Below are positions 15,533-20,000 of a stretch of 20,000 nt of DNA, piece after piece (within the stretch, counting starts at the first letter, position 1; each line of letters begins with the position of its first letter). The notes below the pieces were generated by a model. That model worked only from the letters and a program-made list of their open reading frames with translations, was not told the DNA's origin and did no database searches. Source of the stretch: an uncultured virus (IMG/VR IMGVR_UViG_3300026057_000005) (taxonomy: Duplodnaviria; Heunggongvirae; Uroviricota; Caudoviricetes). The position numbers and the translations under genes were made by a program. Location of the stretch: IMG/VR virus record IMGVR_UViG_3300026057_000005; one strand, written 5' to 3'.

Positions 15533-15964
15533 CTAACGCGCCGACGTCAGGTTGATCGCGAGTGTCGAACCGCACGTGCAGTTGCGTAGCTCGAGGTGAA
15601 TCTCCGGGCCATGCTGATCGGCCGCGAGCCGTTGCTCGCCAACGACCTGGAGAGCGCTCCACGCCGCGGCATCGTGCTTGAGCGCCTCGTGACGCGCCGC
15701 GGTACAGCGCTCGGCCGACGCCGTCATGGCCGCCGTCGACCGGCAGAACGCGACGTAACTACCCGGCGACAGCCGCGACCCGTCCGCCATGGTCACGAAA
15801 TGGCACTCGCGGCACGCCTGGCCGGAGCCGCGCGCGGCGCGCCTGCACGAGCCCCGGCACGGCGCGGAAGGCGAACCCCAGGGGTCGGTCGCCGGATCCG
15901 CGGAAAGTCGCGTGGCGGGCACGCTGGACACGTCTGGGTTCGACTGGCTCATCGGGCTCGCCAT
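15533..15964 (-). CDS. Cys-rich hypothetical protein ending LELRNCTCGSTL (alternative starts 15790, 15727)
   Basis: ATG 2 nt after the stop of the upstream gene; CxxxC, CxxC and CxC patterns. Confidence 0.6.
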   Translation of the reverse strand: MASPMSQSNPDVSSVPATRLSADPATDPWGSPSAPCRGSCRRAARGSGQACRECHFVTMADGSRLSPGSYVAFCRSTAAMTASAERCTAARHEALKHDAAAWSALQVVGEQRLAADQHGPEIHLELRNCTCGSTLAINLTSAR

Positions 15965-15966
15965 GA

Positions 15967-16152
15967 CTAGAACCCCGCTCCGCCGAACCACGCGCTGGGG
16001 CCGGTGTACGTGTCGACGAGGACGTCGCCGACGCGAACCGCGCGATCGAACGGCGCCTTGCGCTCCTGCGCGTTGTACGCGGCGATCTCGAGCTCGGTCG
16101 CGTCGCGCAGGTGGATTCCGGTCTTGGGGTCGATGGCCACGAAAGTCTTCAT
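15967..16152 (-). CDS. Hypothetical protein, 61 aa (MKTFVAIDPKTG...)
   Basis: Strong GC3 codon bias, protein-like composition, promoter-like motif directly upstream. Confidence 0.75.
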   Translation of the reverse strand: MKTFVAIDPKTGIHLRDATELEIAAYNAQERKAPFDRAVRVGDVLVDTYTGPSAWFGGAGF

Positions 16153-16165
16153 GGGGTGCAGATGA

Positions 16166-16181
16166 AGCATGCCGCGTGCCG
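16166..16181 (-). promoter_or_regulatory. Sigma54-type -24/-12 promoter
   Basis: Minus strand CGGCACG-CGGC-ATGCT versus consensus TGGCACG-N4-TTGCW, exact GG-N10-GC spacing; 14 nt separate the GC from ATG 16152. Confidence 0.6.
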
Positions 16182-16189
16182 CGCGCGAT

Positions 16190-16209
16190 GTAACGCAAAA
16201 ACGCGTTAC
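16190..16209. promoter_or_regulatory. Palindromic operator-like site GTAACGC-N6-GCGTTAC
   Basis: Perfect 7-bp arms in an intergenic gap; same half-site repeated at 17273 and 17286. Confidence 0.6.
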
Positions 16210-16274
16210 GCGCGGACGATCGATCGGCGTTGTAGTGCGGCTGACGATCTGCTTTCACGCGGTGTGCGTTAGAT

Positions 16275-17261
16275 TCACAGGGTCACAGTTTCGGCTTCGT
16301 CGGTGGCCTCGAGGTCCGCGATCGCGTCCCACGCGGCGCCGGCGAACGTCGCCGCAAGCTCTGCAACGACTGCGTTACCGTAGCCCCGCAAGAGGCCCAC
16401 GCGGCCGGGTAGGACATCAGCCAGCGGGAAAGTTCCGGGTTCAACCGGACGCGCCTTCCCGTCGGTGCAGGCGATCCAGTCAGCGGGGGACCAGAAGTCA
16501 CGGCCTGCGACGATAAATCGAGCCCGCCCTCGCGTATGATCATCGGACCCTTGCCATCTCTCGCTGCCGGCGTTGCCCAGGCTCCGCTCCGCAGCGGCCC
16601 CACCGAGTCGCCCGCGTCCGACGAGAGATCCCGTCCACCCTTCGTCGACCAGTTGTCGATCGGTATCGCCAGTTCCGCCGCGCCGGGAAGTTTCAGGTCC
16701 CTGCGGCTGACCGTTGGCGTAGGCCACGAAGTAGAAGCGCTGGCGCTTGTGCGGTGCGCCGACGCCAGCAGCTGGCAGATCTGCCGCCCCGCAGGCGTAG
16801 CCAATTCCTTCCAGGTCAGCGAAAACAGCGTCGAGCCACGCCCGTCCGTCGCCGCTCGCAACCTGCTCGCCAAGGATGATTGAAGGGCGGCACTCGCCGA
16901 TGAGCCGAAACCAGTCGGGCCAGAGGTGGCGCTCGTCGGCCGCGCCCTGGCGCTTACCGGCGCCCGAGAACGGCTGACACGGACACGATCCGGTCCAGAC
17001 GTCGGCGTCGTCGGGGATGCCGGCGAGGCGGAGGGCACGGCTCCAGCCGGCGATGCCGGCGAAGAAGTGGCGCTGTCCAGGTCCGGCGACGTCAGCGGCG
17101 GCGAGCTCGCGGATGGAGCGGGACTCGACGCGGCCGGGGGCGATGTGTCCAGCGCGAGCAAGCTCTGCGATCCAGGCGCACGCGAACGGGTCGATCTCGT
17201 TGTAGATGGCTTGCGGGTAGGCGAGGTCGGATCGGATTTCGGTTTCGGTTTCTGCATTCAC
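16275..17261 (-). CDS. Phage-type C5 cytosine DNA methyltransferase, catalytic (alpha) chain, permuted, no motif IX
   Basis: YNEIDP, FFAGIAGW (I), GSCPCQPFSGAGKR (IV), GEQV (VI), HKRQRFYFVA (VIII), LRGYGNAVV (X). Confidence 0.92.
   Translation of the reverse strand: MNAETETEIRSDLAYPQAIYNEIDPFACAWIAELARAGHIAPGRVESRSIRELAAADVAGPGQRHFFAGIAGWSRALRLAGIPDDADVWTGSCPCQPFSGAGKRQGAADERHLWPDWFRLIGECRPSIILGEQVASGDGRAWLDAVFADLEGIGYACGAADLPAAGVGAPHKRQRFYFVAYANGQPQGPETSRRGGTGDTDRQLVDEGWTGSLVGRGRLGGAAAERSLGNAGSERWQGSDDHTRGRARFIVAGRDFWSPADWIACTDGKARPVEPGTFPLADVLPGRVGLLRGYGNAVVAELAATFAGAAWDAIADLEATDEAETVTL
16283..17257 (-). CDS. Nested alternative-frame ORF: putative beta chain with TRD-like repeats and motif IX
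   Basis: 324 open codons inside the MTase gene; WPTPT and WATPAARDGKG repeats; RLNPELSRWLMSYPAAW matches motif IX. True start uncertain. Confidence 0.7.
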   Translation of the reverse strand: MQKPKPKSDPTSPTRKPSTTRSTRSRAPGSQSLLALDTSPPAASSPAPSASSPPLTSPDLDSATSSPASPAGAVPSASPASPTTPTSGPDRVRVSRSRAPVSARARPTSATSGPTGFGSSASAALQSSLASRLRAATDGRGSTLFSLTWKELATPAGRQICQLLASAHRTSASASTSWPTPTVSRRDLKLPGAAELAIPIDNWSTKGGRDLSSDAGDSVGPLRSGAWATPAARDGKGPMIIREGGLDLSSQAVTSGPPLTGSPAPTGRRVRLNPELSRWLMSYPAAWASCGATVTQSLQSLRRRSPAPRGTRSRTSRPPTKPKL

Positions 17262-17292
17262 TCGCGGCGAGTGTAACGCATCGGCGTAACGC
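17259..17292 (-). promoter_or_regulatory. MTase control region: -10 TACACT, palindrome and GTAACGC direct repeat
   Basis: TACACT (minus) at 17270-17275; CACTCGC-G-GCGAGTG at 17259-17273; GTAACGC-N6-GTAACGC at 17273-17292. Confidence 0.5.
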
Positions 17293-17294
17293 GA

Positions 17295-17897
17295 TCAGGT
17301 AGCGGCGGGCGTCTTGCTGACGCTGTCGACGGCGCGCTCGAGCGCGGCGAGCCTCTGCACGTGCTTCGTCGTCTCGCGCTCGCGCGCCGCGGCCTCACCT
17401 TGCGGCGTGACGCCCGGGTAGCCTGACGGCCGGTACTGCCAGGCGAGCTCCTTCTCGAGCTTGCGCACGAGATCGTCGCCGACGACCTTGCGCCCCTCTG
17501 CCGTGAGCCGGAGTTGCCCCTTGCCGTACGGCACGACCAGGCTAGGAATGCAGCGCTTCAGGTGCGGCGCGTCGCCGACCGGAACGCGCGCAGACATCGT
17601 CGCGCCGCCCTGCGCGATGACGTACTCGACGAGCGCGAACAGGTTCAGGTGCGTCACCTCCGGCGCCGTCTTCTCGGGCGCCTCCTTGGCAACGCGCAAG
17701 CCCTCCGGCGAGACGTGGATCTTGTTGCCGTCGAGCACGCCGTATCCAGCCTTCAACGCGCGCTTGATGCTCGCCATGCTGATCGTGCTCGGCACCGTCG
17801 CCGGCATCGTCTCGGTGTTGCCGTGAAAGGCGACGAGCAACGCCCACTCGATGCGATCTTTCTTGGCGAGTTTCTCGCTGCCAGGCTTCGTGCTCAT
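17295..17897 (-). CDS. Hypothetical protein, 200 aa, possibly tandem winged-helix
   Basis: Two wHTH-like ends (KIHVSPEGLRVAK; QLRLTAEGRKVV); TAGGCT 6 nt before the ATG. Confidence 0.7.
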   Translation of the reverse strand: MSTKPGSEKLAKKDRIEWALLVAFHGNTETMPATVPSTISMASIKRALKAGYGVLDGNKIHVSPEGLRVAKEAPEKTAPEVTHLNLFALVEYVIAQGGATMSARVPVGDAPHLKRCIPSLVVPYGKGQLRLTAEGRKVVGDDLVRKLEKELAWQYRPSGYPGVTPQGEAAARERETTKHVQRLAALERAVDSVSKTPAAT

Positions 17898-17906
17898 GGG
17901 GCGAGC

Positions 17907-18266
17907 CTACCGCGAAACGGCGTCGGCTTGCTCGAGAACGTAGAAGGCCGTTTCGGTCAAGCGAAATTCCCAACCGCCATCCGTGACGCGGCGAGCTCCG
18001 CGACCGACGCCGCGAAGGAGCGGATGCGGCTCTGTCGTTCGACGAAGATCGATGAGCCCGCGCATGCTGCGAAAGAAGGCAACCCCATTCGTCGGATCGA
18101 TCATTCCATCGGTACCGAGGATCCCCATCGCGCTGGTCTTGTCGATCGCAGCGAGCGCGTACCAGCCAGGACCACCAACGATGCCAAAGAGATCGCGCAG
18201 GATGCGAAGGCCGGTGATGTCGAGATCGGGCGGGTGATACGCAACGTCGCCGAAGGCGCGCGCCAT
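17907..18266 (-). CDS. Hypothetical protein, 119 aa
   Basis: ATG 5 nt after the upstream stop; protein-like composition from MARAFG. Confidence 0.65.
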   Translation of the reverse strand: MARAFGDVAYHPPDLDITGLRILRDLFGIVGGPGWYALAAIDKTSAMGILGTDGMIDPTNGVAFFRSMRGLIDLRRTTEPHPLLRGVGRGARRVTDGGWEFRLTETAFYVLEQADAVSR

Positions 18267-18271
18267 CGGGA

Positions 18272-18814
18272 TCAGCCCACCTTGCCGGCACGAGCGAACG
18301 CGAACACGTGCAGCAACGCGGCGACGACGAAGAACCCGGCGGCCAACGGCTGATCGAGGAACGCAAGGGCGACCGACGCCGCGGCGTTGAGCGCGACCGC
18401 GACGCCGTGCGTGCGCCGACGATAGCAAACAAGCGCGGCGTGCGTGAGGCGCGGCGGAACCATCGAGACGTTACCGATCCTGATGTCGTTGATCACCCAA
18501 TCACTCGGCAAGGATCCGCCAGGCGGCAACGACACGCGCGCGGGACGAAACGGAATCCTGGACGGACGCGCGGTGACGGGTCGCGCGTCCGAGAGCGTGA
18601 ATCCCGGAACGTTCGACAGATCGAGACGGCACCGGCCGCACAGCGGAGGGCCGAGCGGTTCGCCGGTCGTGCGAGTCACGCCGTAGCTCGGATCGTGACT
18701 ACATGACGCCTGCAAGCGCTCGCGCTCCGCCCGAGCGACGGCGCGACAGCCGAGCGCGTGCGCGTCGGCGAGGTTGCCGCACGAGCCACAACGGTTGATG
18801 CGTACGTTCGTCAT
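18272..18814 (-). CDS. Mosaic hypothetical protein, 180 aa: Cys/His fingers, beta-strand segment, two C-terminal TM helices
   Basis: GGGAG RBS, ATGA overlap; CGSC..H..C, CSH..CGRC; DWVINDIRIGN; hydrophobic C-terminus. Confidence 0.65.
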   Translation of the reverse strand: MTNVRINRCGSCGNLADAHALGCRAVARAERERLQASCSHDPSYGVTRTTGEPLGPPLCGRCRLDLSNVPGFTLSDARPVTARPSRIPFRPARVSLPPGGSLPSDWVINDIRIGNVSMVPPRLTHAALVCYRRRTHGVAVALNAAASVALAFLDQPLAAGFFVVAALLHVFAFARAGKVG

Positions 18815-19230
18815 AGCGCTCCCACCTCGCCGGTACGAATCATCGCCTCGGCCAGCGCGTAGATCTCCCACGACGGCCACTGCGGGTGCGCTGCGTCGGC
18901 GGCGATAAAGGCGCGGCGCGCGAGCTCGAGCGCGGACGGAAGATCGGGATGGTCGTCCAGGTCACGATCGCCCGCGAACAGCTCGTCGGCGGCGTCGCGG
19001 TACGACGCGCCGAAGCCATGCGAGCCGCGAAGGCTCCAGTGATCCGACGCCGCGGCGAACAGGAACGCACACGCCATCGAGGCGACGTCCGGCCACTCCG
19101 CGGATGCCTCGATCACGCCGGGCGAGCTCACGAACGACGCGCAGTCGCACGCGCATTCACCGTTCGGGCCGTCGTGGTCGCGTCGTTCATGGCCGCACCA
19201 GTCACAGGCATCGGAGTAGGCGCCGATCAC
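18811..19230 (-). CDS. Hypothetical protein with CxxCGH...H...CxCxC..F metal-binding motif, 139 aa
   Basis: GTGA overlap upstream, ATGA overlap downstream; CDWCGHERRDH...CACDCASF. Confidence 0.72.
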   Translation of the reverse strand: MIGAYSDACDWCGHERRDHDGPNGECACDCASFVSSPGVIEASAEWPDVASMACAFLFAAASDHWSLRGSHGFGASYRDAADELFAGDRDLDDHPDLPSALELARRAFIAADAAHPQWPSWEIYALAEAMIRTGEVGAL

Positions 19231-19931
19231 GACGACTCACCCGCCAGCGAAAGGATGAATTCGGAGATCTCGTGGCACTCGGACGCCGACACGTGCGACG
19301 CCTTCGGGCCAGGCGCGACGAGGCGACGTGCGAGATCGAGGATGCGGTCGGGCGGCGCCGTCGCGCACGTCGGCCTGCCATGCCGAGCGACTTCCTCCGC
19401 GATGCCGTCAGCTCGCTCGACGCTCGCCATGTCGCACTGCGCGTACGAGAGATCGCCGTAGCCGCTCACCGAGTAGCCGATCAGTTGCGCGAACTGGCGA
19501 GCGTCCTCGTCGTCGAAACCTTGGAGGGCGATGGTATTCATGTCGACGCGGCGACCCGCCGACGCTTCACCGAGGAGCCACTCGACGATCGCGTTGCGCT
19601 GGAAGCGAATCGTTCCGGCGAGCCCGTCGACGGGGCGGCACGACAGGATGATCGGTTGCATCGGGTGCGGGACAACGGGCGGCAAGCGATCGGCGACAGC
19701 CGCGTTCATCAACGCGCGATCGCGCTCGGCGTCCGCATGCCCGAGATCGGCCAGCGCGCGATCGCGCTCCGCCTCCGCGACCTCGAGCTTGCGCCTGAGA
19801 TCCTGGATCAGGTCGTCCTGCGTCTCGTTGCCCGTTATCCCGTGCGCCGCGTACTCGGCGTCGTACTCGGCCTCTGACGAGAAGCCCGGAGGAACACCAC
19901 GCGCACGAAGTTCGTCATCTTCTGTAGCCAT
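19227..19931 (-). CDS. Phage hypothetical protein, 234 aa, coiled coil plus conserved-looking domain
   Basis: AERDRAL heptad twice; HPMQP..IRF..NAIV.WLL..DMN..QFAQLIGYS.SGYGDLSY resembles an uncharacterised phage domain (recalled, not searched). Confidence 0.78.
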   Translation of the reverse strand: MATEDDELRARGVPPGFSSEAEYDAEYAAHGITGNETQDDLIQDLRRKLEVAEAERDRALADLGHADAERDRALMNAAVADRLPPVVPHPMQPIILSCRPVDGLAGTIRFQRNAIVEWLLGEASAGRRVDMNTIALQGFDDEDARQFAQLIGYSVSGYGDLSYAQCDMASVERADGIAEEVARHGRPTCATAPPDRILDLARRLVAPGPKASHVSASECHEISEFILSLAGESS

Positions 19932-20000
19932 GCCTTCACCATCCTCCCTTCCCCGCCGCTCGTCCAGACACCGAACGCTACGTACACCCCACCCGTACCC

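Larger units (their letters stand above)
1..20000. mobile_element. Phage/prophage-like region; boundaries not in window
   Basis: Tailspike, fibre, holin-like, phage-type C5 MTase and GIY-YIG genes; many short hypothetical ORFs with ATGA/GTGA start-stop overlaps; two convergent blocks. No integrase, att, capsid or terminase recognised. Confidence 0.85.

Noticed and set aside
13305..15536. 743-aa ORF antisense to the helicase, and other long antisense ORFs (7255..9333, 5489..6964, 3923..4951, 10753..11949)
   Set aside because: Shadow ORFs expected opposite GC-rich genes; Arg/Ala/Val-rich with no motifs.
15516..15662. N-terminal extension of the helicase ORF to 15662
   Set aside because: Overlaps the upstream Cys-rich gene; PcrA/UvrD proteins start a few residues before the LNxxQ motif.
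18564..18590. GGACGCGCG-N9-CGCGCGTCC palindrome resembling the hairpin element
   Set aside because: Inside a CDS, lacks the CGCAGACGA and GGAAG flanks, and is plausible by chance at this GC content.

Overview
GC-rich window that reads as a phage or prophage segment with two convergent gene blocks. A myxobacterium-like host is my guess from composition and a sigma54-type promoter, and is unconfirmed. No capsid, terminase, integrase or att site was recognised. Plus strand (1-13175): two class I SAM methyltransferases and a GT-A glycosyltransferase interleaved with small coupled ORFs, a ribbon-helix-helix gene, a 996-aa beta-helix tailspike, a 770-aa Thr/Ser/Gly-rich fibre protein with a signal peptide, a non-canonical lysis-like cluster (holin-like protein, paralogous lipoprotein, HExxE protein), an acidic protein and a GIY-YIG protein. 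Minus strand (13185-19931): a complete PcrA/UvrD helicase, small Cys-rich genes and a permuted C5 DNA methyltransferase whose missing motif IX is encoded by a fully nested ORF in another frame. Strongest leads: a four-copy ~35-46 nt hairpin element placed just before start codons, two of which belong to AT-richer genes; the nested two-frame methyltransferase; the paralogous membrane pair with no recognisable endolysin; and a GIY-YIG protein with an SSB-like tail facing the helicase.
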